Of a stretch of DNA of 64,000 nt, positions 27,548-35,635 are shown piece after piece (position 1 is the first letter of the stretch; every line of letters begins with the position of its first letter). Both the position numbers and the translations under genes were made by a program. The notes beneath the pieces were generated by a model that was not told the DNA's origin, did no database searches, and saw nothing but the letters and a program-made list of their open reading frames with translations. The stretch comes from an uncultured Verrucomicrobiota bacterium. GTDB lineage: Bacteria > Verrucomicrobiota > Verrucomicrobiia > Limisphaerales > SXQI01. The stretch lies in assembly GCA_964566945.1 (NCBI GenBank), contig CAZMKE010000005.1:265343-329342 (forward strand). Reading direction: 5' to 3'.

Positions 27548-30500
27548 ATGAGAAAGAATGTCGGGAGCCGGTCGCGAAAAATGGAGCGCGCGACAACCAG
27601 CCTTGCGGCGCAGAATGAGACCCACGGGGGCAAGCCGAGTTTTATCGTCGGAATCGGGGCATCCGCGGGAGGTTTGGAGGCTTTGGAACGGCTTTTCCGG
27701 GCGATGCCGTCGGATAGCGGAATGGCATTTGTCATCATTCAGCATTTGTCCCCGGATTTTATCAGCCTGATGGATGAACTGCTCGCGCGATTTACCACCA
27801 TGGCCATCTGCCGGGTGGATCAGCCGGTGGAAATGAAGGCAAACACCATCTATCTGCTCCCGCCGCGCAAAGAAATGCTGGTTTCCGGGGAGAAGCTCGT
27901 TACTCATGCCCGGCCCACGGACCATTCGTTGAACATGCCAATCAACGTTTTTTTCCGTTCCCTTGCCCGGGAAATCCGGGATCGAGCGATTGCGATTGTC
28001 CTGTCGGGAACAGGCACAGACGGATCGCTGGGGTTGATGGATGTGCGCGACATGGGGGGCTTCGTGCTGGTGCAAAGCGAGGAGACGGCAAAGTTTGACG
28101 GAATGCCCAGGAGCGCGATCGACACAGGCCTAGCGGACGGGGTCATGGCTCCCGAGGAGATGCCCGAGGCTCTGATCGCCTACGCCAAGAATCCGGATAC
28201 GGCCTTTGTGAACCCGCAGCTGCGGAGGACGGGCGAGGATGCGGCCGCAGGACTGCCGATTGCGTTTCAAAAGCTCCACGAGGCCTACGACATTGATTTC
28301 AGCTTTTATAAACCGGCGACCATATCGCGGAGGCTGGAGCGGCGCATCTCCCTGAACAGCTGTCGCGAGCTTAAGGATTACCTGCTGCTTCTGGACAACC
28401 CCCTGGAACTCGAGGGCCTTTTCAAAGACCTGCTGATCGGGGTGACGCGCTTCTTTCGGGATGACGAGGCTTTTGAATCCCTCAGGACCAAGGTCATCGG
28501 CCCATTATTAGACGCCACGCCGGCAGGAGAGGAAATTCGGGTGTGGGTTCCGGGATGCGCTTCGGGTGAAGAAGCCTATTCCCTTGGCATACTTTTCCTT
28601 GAGGCCTTTGATGAGCGAAAGCGGGAAGCTAACCTGAAAATATTCGCCACAGACGTTCATCGGGACTCGTTGGCGATCGCCAGTGAAGGCGTTTATTCGG
28701 CGTCGAGCCTGGAATGCGTCTCCCCAGAACGGCGTGAGAGATTTTTTCACGAAGAAGGGACGCGCAGCTACCGGGTCCACTCCCGGCTTCGCAAGCTCCT
28801 GGTCTTTTCCCTGCATAATCTGATCAAAGACCCTCCTTTCACACGGATGGACGTGGTCAGTTGCCGGAACCTGCTCATCTATTTCTTGCCGGCGACCCAG
28901 CAGCGCGTCGTGAGCGCGTTCCACTTTGCGTTGAAACGGAAGGGGGTGCTGTTCCTGGGCCCAAGCGAGGGCCCGGCGGAGCTGCACGGTGAATTCGAAA
29001 CGCTCGATCGCTCGTGGAAGATCTACCGCAAGGAGAATGACAGCCGGAGGCCGCTGGACCTGCACCTCAGCCGGACGATCAATCAGACGCGCGCCGAACC
29101 GCGCGGGAGCGCCGCCATTTTCGGCGGAGACATGCGGCTGGCGCGGACCTACGACGCTTTGCTTCACCGGTTTGTCCCGACCGGGGTGCTGATTAATGAA
29201 CGAAGGGAAGTTCTCCATTTCTTTGGCGACGCCGACCGTTTTCTGAGACCGCAACCGGGCCGGGTGGGGAACGATGTCCTGATGCTGGCTCGGGGCGAAC
29301 TGCGCATCGCCCTGGCTTCGGCGATCCAGGGGGCGATCAAACGATCGGACAAAGTCGTCTTCAAAGGCGTCCGTTTCAAAACCGCCAACGGCGAAGTGGC
29401 TGTCGACCTGACGGCCGATCCCATCGTCGACAAAATCAACGGGGCAAAATTCCTGCTGCTCCTCTTTCAACAGGAGAAGCCCCTGCCGGGACTGGCGGAA
29501 AGCCGGGGACAATCCTTCGCGGTCGGCGAGGAGGCCAATGCGCGGATCCAACAGTTGGAAAACGAACTCCAATACACCCGGGAGTCGTTGCAAAGCGCCG
29601 CCGAGGAACTGCAAACCAGCAACGAAGAACTGCAGGCCACGAACGAGGAACTGCAGGCGAGCAATGAAGAACTCCAAAGCACCAATGAGGAACTTCATTC
29701 CGTGAACGAAGAGCTCTATACGGTCAACAGTGAACTCGAGCAGAAGAACCGCGCCTTGATCGAGACTTCGAACGATCTAAAAAACCTCGTTAACGCTTCC
29801 GAGGTTGGAACTATCTTTTTGGACACGAACCATCGCGTGAGGATGTTTACCCCCATGTCGGCAACCGTCTTAAACCTGCTGGATCAGGATGTCGGGCGGG
29901 ATATCAAACATATCACCTCGCGGATCAAGGATGACGACGTGCTGGACTGCATCGAAAAGGCGGCTCAAACCCGGCAGTCGAGTGTGAAGCGGATTCAAAC
30001 CCCCGAGGGACGCTCCTTTCTGCGGAGGATCACTCCTTACCTGGATGGCGATAAGCGAACGATCGGCTTGATCCTGACCTTCTTTGAAGTGACTGCGCTG
30101 GATGCGGCGGAACGGCTGTTCAGTTTGACGTTCGAAGGCGCTCCGGCCGCAATTATCCTGGTCAGCCCCACCGGCTCCGTGAACCTGGTCAACCCCAGGG
30201 CGGAGGCGATGTTCGGCTATAAAAAGGGCGAGATGGTTGGATTATCGCTGGAGGCGCTCGTTCCCGAGCGCTTTCGCCGGCGTCATCACACCCATCGCTC
30301 GGAATTTGCGGCAAGCGAACGAGCCCGTGGCATGGGAGAAAAGCTTGATTTGTTTGGCCTCCGGCGGGACGGGAGCGAGTTCCCGGTGGAGATCGGGCTG
30401 AGCCCCATCGCAGTCGGAGCGGACCGGTGCGTAATGGCGTTCGTGACGGATATCACAGAGCGAATCCGGATGCAAAGCGAGCATAAACGGATAGAGCAGA

Positions 30501-31684
30501 AACTCCAGGAAACCGCGAAACTGGAGAGCCTGGGCGTGCTCGCGGGCGGGATTGCGCATGACTTTAACAATATCCTCGCCGGCATTGTCGGAAACGTGGA
30601 TTTGCTGGAGGAAGACCTGCCGCGGGGGTCCACCCTGCGGAATTTCTGCCACAGTATCCGATCCGCCTCCTTGAGGGCCTCGGAACTCTGCAAGCAAATG
30701 CTCACTTATGCCGGGCGCGGCAAGTTGGTGATGGCTCGGACGGACCTCGTTTCCCTCGTCAAGGACACCCTGCAGCTGATCAAAGCGTCGGTCTCCAAAG
30801 CCGCCACCGTCGAATTCACCAGTGAACGGGATTCGCTCTCGATCAAAATGGATGCCGCGCAAATCCGGCAGGTAACGATGAATCTCGTCATTAACGCCGC
30901 GGAAGCGCTCGCGGGAAGCTCAGGCCTCATCCGAATCAGGCTCGGCGTCACCCGCGGAGGGCCGCAGGAATCGGCTACGGTCAAAATCTCCCCGCCGGAT
31001 TTGGCGGCAGAATTTGCGTTTTTGGAGGTAGCCGACAGCGGAATTGGCATCAGCCCCGAAAATCTTGACCGGATTTTTGATCCCTTCTTTACGACCAAGA
31101 CGGCCGGACGCGGCTTGGGGCTGGCCGCCGTCCGGGGCATTATCCGGGGACATCGGGGCGGACTCGAACTCAGTTCGGAGATCGGCCGCGGCACGGTCTT
31201 TCGCGTATTTCTCCCGCTGGACGGGGGGGAGGGAAAGCCTGGCGCCACCCAGGAGGCTGGCGTCACGTCCCATCCTCCTGAACTGGAATTGGGCGAAGAG
31301 TCGTGGCGCGGCACTGGCGCCGTCCTCGTGGCGGACGACGAGGAACCTGTCCGCCTGGCAGTCGCTCAGACCCTCGAAAGACTCGGGTTTGAGACCGTTC
31401 TGGCTGGGGATGGGCGGCAGGCCATCGAGAAATTCCTCGAAGCGCCTCTCCGGTTTTCGTTCATCATACTGGATCTGACCATGCCGGAGTTGGATGGCAT
31501 TGCCGCCATATCCGAGCTGCAAAAGATCAATCCTGAGATCAAGATTCTCCTGATCAGCGGGTACGCGGAGAAGGACGCCGGCGCACAACTGGCAGCCGGC
31601 AAGGTTGCGGGATTCCTGCAGAAGCCATTCACCAACTCCACGCTCCGGCGCATGGTTCGGCGAATCGTGGAAAAGAGTCGTTAG
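27548..31684 (+). CDS. CheB methylesterase - CheR methyltransferase - coiled coil - PAS x2 - HisKA/HATPase - receiver hybrid sensor kinase
   Basis: Part of ORF 27512..31684; the start is ambiguous (ATG at 27512, 27548 or 27581). CheB-like: FIVGIGASAGGLEALERLF, FVIIQHLSPD. CheR-like: FFRDDEAF, IRVWVPGCASGEEAYSLGILF, VSCRNLLIYF. Heptad block: SNEELQATNEELQASNEELQSTNEELHSVNEELYTVNSELEQKN. PAS regions follow. Kinase: LAGGIAHDFNNILAGIVGN, MNLVINAAEA, DSGIGI, DPFFTTKTAGRGLGLAAV. Receiver: VLVADDEEPVR...LDLTMPELDG...LLISGY. Confidence 0.9.
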   Translation: MRKNVGSRSRKMERATTSLAAQNETHGGKPSFIVGIGASAGGLEALERLFRAMPSDSGMAFVIIQHLSPDFISLMDELLARFTTMAICRVDQPVEMKANTIYLLPPRKEMLVSGEKLVTHARPTDHSLNMPINVFFRSLAREIRDRAIAIVLSGTGTDGSLGLMDVRDMGGFVLVQSEETAKFDGMPRSAIDTGLADGVMAPEEMPEALIAYAKNPDTAFVNPQLRRTGEDAAAGLPIAFQKLHEAYDIDFSFYKPATISRRLERRISLNSCRELKDYLLLLDNPLELEGLFKDLLIGVTRFFRDDEAFESLRTKVIGPLLDATPAGEEIRVWVPGCASGEEAYSLGILFLEAFDERKREANLKIFATDVHRDSLAIASEGVYSASSLECVSPERRERFFHEEGTRSYRVHSRLRKLLVFSLHNLIKDPPFTRMDVVSCRNLLIYFLPATQQRVVSAFHFALKRKGVLFLGPSEGPAELHGEFETLDRSWKIYRKENDSRRPLDLHLSRTINQTRAEPRGSAAIFGGDMRLARTYDALLHRFVPTGVLINERREVLHFFGDADRFLRPQPGRVGNDVLMLARGELRIALASAIQGAIKRSDKVVFKGVRFKTANGEVAVDLTADPIVDKINGAKFLLLLFQQEKPLPGLAESRGQSFAVGEEANARIQQLENELQYTRESLQSAAEELQTSNEELQATNEELQASNEELQSTNEELHSVNEELYTVNSELEQKNRALIETSNDLKNLVNASEVGTIFLDTNHRVRMFTPMSATVLNLLDQDVGRDIKHITSRIKDDDVLDCIEKAAQTRQSSVKRIQTPEGRSFLRRITPYLDGDKRTIGLILTFFEVTALDAAERLFSLTFEGAPAAIILVSPTGSVNLVNPRAEAMFGYKKGEMVGLSLEALVPERFRRRHHTHRSEFAASERARGMGEKLDLFGLRRDGSEFPVEIGLSPIAVGADRCVMAFVTDITERIRMQSEHKRIEQKLQETAKLESLGVLAGGIAHDFNNILAGIVGNVDLLEEDLPRGSTLRNFCHSIRSASLRASELCKQMLTYAGRGKLVMARTDLVSLVKDTLQLIKASVSKAATVEFTSERDSLSIKMDAAQIRQVTMNLVINAAEALAGSSGLIRIRLGVTRGGPQESATVKISPPDLAAEFAFLEVADSGIGISPENLDRIFDPFFTTKTAGRGLGLAAVRGIIRGHRGGLELSSEIGRGTVFRVFLPLDGGEGKPGATQEAGVTSHPPELELGEESWRGTGAVLVADDEEPVRLAVAQTLERLGFETVLAGDGRQAIEKFLEAPLRFSFIILDLTMPELDGIAAISELQKINPEIKILLISGYAEKDAGAQLAAGKVAGFLQKPFTNSTLRRMVRRIVEKSR
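29597..29743 (+). repeat. seven tandem 21-nt (heptad) coding repeats inside the CheB-CheR kinase gene
   Basis: In-frame units of 21 nt encode AAEELQT / SNEELQA / TNEELQA / SNEELQS / TNEELHS / VNEELYT / VNSELEQ. The nucleotide units share the core AAYGARGAACTSCA. Confidence 0.8.
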
Positions 31685-31909
31685 TTAGGAGCGTTTAAAG
31701 CGCTTGCGAGCGGCCACGGCAAGGCCTGAGCAGCCCAGGGCAAACAGAACGTAGCTGGCGCCGTTATCCGGGAGCCGGACGTTGCCTGAATTCAGGGTGT
31801 TAATGTTTCCCCCATTATTTGCACTCACCGACGGCAGGGCGCAGAGGAAACAAATAAGGCCAGCGGCAAGAGCCGACTTCGCCAGCATCTGATGAGAACG
31901 GAGCTTCAT
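31685..31909 (-). CDS. mini-protein: signal peptide + short linker + VPDSG/PEP-CTERM-like sorting tail
   Basis: Part of ORF 31685..31936; the start is placed at MKLRSHQMLAKSALAAGLICFLCALPSVSA. The linker is NNGGNINTLNSGNVR. The tail is LPDNGASYVLFALGCSGLAVAARKRFKRS: a P-D/E-x-G motif, a hydrophobic helix and a basic cluster, which is the architecture of exosortase sorting signals. Confidence 0.5.
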   Translation of the reverse strand: MKLRSHQMLAKSALAAGLICFLCALPSVSANNGGNINTLNSGNVRLPDNGASYVLFALGCSGLAVAARKRFKRS

Positions 31910-32108
31910 AGTTTTCCATTTGAAAGCACGATTCATTCCGAGCCTTTATCGCCGGATCAATCCATCGGATCGAACGCCACAAGCCAAACAAGATCAGCAC
32001 CTAACAGATATCACTCATTTAAATGGCCGGTTATCCATCTCGCCGAAAACCGGAAGAACTGTAAAAACATCTCACGCCACAAAAAGGCCGAGGCACCCGG
32101 ACCGGCGC

Positions 32109-33278
32109 CTATTCGGTGCGGCAGGCCAGATCATCCACCACAACCTGCCAGTAGCCCTCGGAGGAGAATTCAACCCGCGTCACACTCCGATAATCCGCAT
32201 CAAACCAGACCGGACCGGCGGTCGACGCCTTGAACCGGTCGCGATACACTTCCGCCTCGTTTCTCCATGCTTTCACCACCACATCGTGAGGTTCGCCTCC
32301 AGACCAAGCCATCCCCACATACGCGCCGACGAAATCGAACATCTTGGGACTGGAGAAAGTGGCGGGGTGCCCTCCACTGGTGTAGGCCACGTACTCCGAA
32401 GATATCGCCGCGTTGATGTAGCCGTTGCCCTGGTAAAGTTTTTGATGGGTGGCCACCCAATTGCGCCAATTCAAACCCTGGTAGCCATTCGGAATTTCAT
32501 AGAGCGTGTCCGAGGGCGTGAGATCGTCAAACCCGATCACGCGCGCGTTTGGCTTGGGAGGAAACGCGCCGCCTTGGGAGTCCAATCTCGAGACAACCAC
32601 CGGGTAGCGCCCCACCAGCACGCTCCTGGCGACCAATGCACCGTTGCTCGACACGCCTTCCAGCCTCCAGGAGCCGGGCGTGGCCGGCAGGGTGTAAGTG
32701 CCGTCCTTGGAAACCGCAACCGCCGATTCCTTTCCGTCTGGCCCGGTCGCCTTGAGTTTCGGATTTGCCGACGCGAGGGCGGCGTCCAGCGACCCGGAAA
32801 TCTTCAAGCGAGGCGCCACCCCGACCGCGTCGAGCGTCCGGGCCAGGATGAGGCCCACCGCGGAGCCCTCACGCTTCTCGATGTGGAGAGTTTGCACCGT
32901 ATTGCTCGATGTTACTTCCCAGTCCGGCGGCGCGACGACCCGCACGGTGTATTCGCCCGGCAGGTAAACCTCGGCTTTCCGGTTCCCCAGCGACATGTCG
33001 AAGTTGGCAAAGCCGGCGATGTTCCCCTCCTGTTCCACCGGCCCGCCTTTGGGCCTCTCCATCGTGACCTTCAAGCCGGCATAAGGCCGGTCCTCCATGT
33101 CGTACACGCCGTTCCGGTTTACGTCGCGGTAGGCAAAGGAACTCAGGTGCACCGTCGGATGCGGCTGGCGCCATCTCGGCGCAATGAATCGTTGCCAGAC
33201 AAAAAGAGCAATCAGGCCCAAGCTGCCGATCGCCAGCAGTTCAGGCCACTTTGCCTCCAGATACGACCGGATACTCAT
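32109..33278 (-). CDS. hypothetical N-terminally anchored exported protein (SdrD-B/Big-like middle region; C-terminal domain of the type often seen in PEP-CTERM proteins)
   Basis: Part of ORF 32109..33329; the start is at MSIRSYLEAKWPELLAIGSLGLIALFVWQRF (one TM segment). The middle part, YRDVNRNGVYDMEDRPYAGLKVTM...PGEYTVRVVAPPDWEVTS, is SdrD B-like. The C-terminal part reads FDDLTPSDTLYEIPNGYQGLNWRNW...FDFVGAYVGMAW.... Confidence 0.6.
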   Translation of the reverse strand: MSIRSYLEAKWPELLAIGSLGLIALFVWQRFIAPRWRQPHPTVHLSSFAYRDVNRNGVYDMEDRPYAGLKVTMERPKGGPVEQEGNIAGFANFDMSLGNRKAEVYLPGEYTVRVVAPPDWEVTSSNTVQTLHIEKREGSAVGLILARTLDAVGVAPRLKISGSLDAALASANPKLKATGPDGKESAVAVSKDGTYTLPATPGSWRLEGVSSNGALVARSVLVGRYPVVVSRLDSQGGAFPPKPNARVIGFDDLTPSDTLYEIPNGYQGLNWRNWVATHQKLYQGNGYINAAISSEYVAYTSGGHPATFSSPKMFDFVGAYVGMAWSGGEPHDVVVKAWRNEAEVYRDRFKASTAGPVWFDADYRSVTRVEFSSEGYWQVVVDDLACRTE

Positions 33279-33509
33279 CGTCGCGCCGATCTTCCGAAGG
33301 GGCGTTCCCAACATTGAACGGGGCTCCAAAGCCCCGGATTGGCGATGCAGATCATTGGGCCGATGCTAGAGGTCCCGCGCCCGTCAGATCAAGTTCACCC
33401 GCACACAACGCAGGCACTCCCTCCCAGCCCGATTCGAAAACTCCTGCCCCGGATTGAGGGATTGCAGGATTGAATTGGCGGCGCGTTGCCATAGATTCGC
33501 GGGCACGCC

Positions 33510-34604
33510 ATGAAGTCCACCAAAGCCAAAAGCGCGAAGCGCTGGAGAATTGCCGGAATCAATTTCGATCATTTCCACATGGGAGATCTGCTGCGGTTTG
33601 CGGCTGAACATCGGAGTGCTGAAATTGTGGGGATCAGCGATGAAAAGCCCGAGCGGATGGAAGAGGCGGTACGGAAGCGGAACCTCCCGCGGGAGAAAGC
33701 CTTTACCGATTATCGAGCCTGCCTGGAACAGACCCGCCCGGATATTGTGATCCTCTGCCCCGCCGCTTCGAAACATGGCGAATGGGTGAAAAAAGTCGCT
33801 CCCTATGGACCGCACATCATGGTGGAGAAGCCGTTCGCGGCGTCTCTCAAGGAGGCGGACGCCATGGTGGGAGCGATGGGGCCCCGGCAGACCCTCATGA
33901 TCAACTGGCCGTTGCAGTGGGTGGCGTCCCATCGCAAAGCGTATGAACTGGTGGCGGCCGGCCTGATCGGGGAAGTGACGAATGTCTGGCATTTCGGCGG
34001 GAATCGAGGACCGCTCTGGCACGGCGCGGACAAGGACGAAAAAACGGCGGCCCAGGTAGCCCGGGAAAAGCCAAATTCCTGGTTCTACAAGAAGGCGCAC
34101 GGCGGCGGCTCGCTGCTGGACTACCTCGGCTACGGGACCACCCTGAGCACCTGGTATCAAGGCGGGCGCCGGCCGATGGAAGTGACCGCGACGGTGGACG
34201 AACCTGCCGGCCTGGAGGTGGACGAGCATAGCATCGTGGTGGCCCGCTACGCGCACGGGCTCTCCAAATTTGAAACGCGTTGGGGGACCTTCACAGATCC
34301 CTGGACGATTCAGCCGCAGCCGAAGTGCGGCTTCGTCGTAGCCGGGACCGAAGGAACGGTGAGCACCTATGATTACGACTACTATGTCACGGTCCAAACC
34401 CGCAAAAAGCCGGCTCCGCATCGCGTGGCCGCGCCAGCGGTCAAACCGCCCCATCAGAACCCGGTGCAGTATTTGATCCATTGTCTGGAAAAAGGGGCGC
34501 CCCTGGAAGGGCCGGTGTCCCTCCCGATCAGCCGGATCGGGCAGGAGATCGTGGATGCCGCTGTGCAGAGCGCGCGGCTAAAGAAAACGGTGCGGTTGCG
34601 GTAA
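33510..34604 (+). CDS. Gfo/Idh/MocA family NAD(P)-dependent oxidoreductase
   Basis: 364 aa. It has the N-terminal Rossmann pattern WRIAGINFDHFHMGDLLR...AEIVGISDE...PDIVILCPAASKHGEWV...HIMVEKPFA. Confidence 0.85.
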   Translation: MKSTKAKSAKRWRIAGINFDHFHMGDLLRFAAEHRSAEIVGISDEKPERMEEAVRKRNLPREKAFTDYRACLEQTRPDIVILCPAASKHGEWVKKVAPYGPHIMVEKPFAASLKEADAMVGAMGPRQTLMINWPLQWVASHRKAYELVAAGLIGEVTNVWHFGGNRGPLWHGADKDEKTAAQVAREKPNSWFYKKAHGGGSLLDYLGYGTTLSTWYQGGRRPMEVTATVDEPAGLEVDEHSIVVARYAHGLSKFETRWGTFTDPWTIQPQPKCGFVVAGTEGTVSTYDYDYYVTVQTRKKPAPHRVAAPAVKPPHQNPVQYLIHCLEKGAPLEGPVSLPISRIGQEIVDAAVQSARLKKTVRLR

Positions 34605-34681
34605 GCGCGATCCCGGCCATCCAAGGCTTTAAAGATGGGGTTCGAACGAGTAGGCTTTACAGGTGAACCGGCCAAACTGAT

Positions 34682-35611
34682 ATGAAAATACGCTCAGCAT
34701 CCGACTCGGCCCCCTCCATGCCTCGACGAGAATTCGGCCGGAAGATGGCGTCCGGCCTGATCGCGGGGAGCGTGCTGCCGAGCGTGCAGGCGTCGCTGGA
34801 AACAGCGGGCGGCGATGCTCAGTTCCGGATCCGGAACAAGCGGATCCGCCAGTCGATCATGGGGTGGACGTTCGATCCCATGCCCGTGCCCGAACTGGCG
34901 CGAGCCTGCAAAGAGATCGGGCTGACCGCGATGGAGGGGATCGGCGCGGAACATTATCCGCTGATCAAAGATCTCGGCCTGGAGATCTCCCTGGTGGGGA
35001 GCCACGGCTTCAACAAAGGACCCTTCAATCGAGCCAATCACGAGTTCGTGACGCAGAAGCTGCGGGAAGGAATCGATCTGGCGGTGCGGGTGGGCAGCAA
35101 TAAAGTGATCACTTTCACGGGGATGCGCGAAGCGGGAATCAGCGATGAGGCAGGAGCGAAAAACTGCGTCGATTGCTGGAAGCAGGTGATCGCCTACGCC
35201 GAAGAGAAGAAAGTGCTGCTCTGCCTCGAACACTTGAACAGCCGGGACAATACCCATCCGATGAAAGGGCACCCAGGCTACTTCGGCGACAACGTCGACT
35301 TCTGCGTGGAGCTGATCCATCGCGTGGGATCGCCCAACATGAAATTGCTGTTCGACATTTACCATGTGCAAATCATGAACGGCGATGTGATCCGAAGGAT
35401 CCGCCAGTACAAGGATGTGATCGCCCATTACCACACTGCGGGGGTTCCCGGCCGGGGCGAGCTGGTGGAAACGCAGGAAGTAAACTATCCGGCAATCATG
35501 AAAGCGATCCTGGAGACCGGGTACGAAGGCTACGTGGCGCAGGAATTCATTCCCACGTGGCCCGACCGAGTTCTGGCCCTCAGACACGCGGCGCGCGTTT
35601 GCGACGTGTAA
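34682..35611 (+). CDS. xylose-isomerase-like TIM-barrel protein (hydroxypyruvate isomerase / sugar phosphate isomerase-epimerase family) with Tat-like signal
   Basis: 309 aa. The signal is MPRREFGRKMASGLIAGSVLPSVQA. Motifs: LCLEHLNSRDNTHPMKGHPGYFGDN, MKLLFDIYHVQIMNGD, HYHTAGVPGRGE, GYVAQEFIP. Confidence 0.8.
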   Translation: MKIRSASDSAPSMPRREFGRKMASGLIAGSVLPSVQASLETAGGDAQFRIRNKRIRQSIMGWTFDPMPVPELARACKEIGLTAMEGIGAEHYPLIKDLGLEISLVGSHGFNKGPFNRANHEFVTQKLREGIDLAVRVGSNKVITFTGMREAGISDEAGAKNCVDCWKQVIAYAEEKKVLLCLEHLNSRDNTHPMKGHPGYFGDNVDFCVELIHRVGSPNMKLLFDIYHVQIMNGDVIRRIRQYKDVIAHYHTAGVPGRGELVETQEVNYPAIMKAILETGYEGYVAQEFIPTWPDRVLALRHAARVCDV

Positions 35612-35635
35612 AATCGCCGCGCTGCTCCATGGGCT

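Noticed and set aside
29597-29743. Regular 21-nt repeats considered as a possible CRISPR-like or minisatellite array
   Set aside because: The units are contiguous with no spacers, lie in frame inside a long ORF, and encode a heptad coiled coil. I saw no CRISPR array anywhere in the window.
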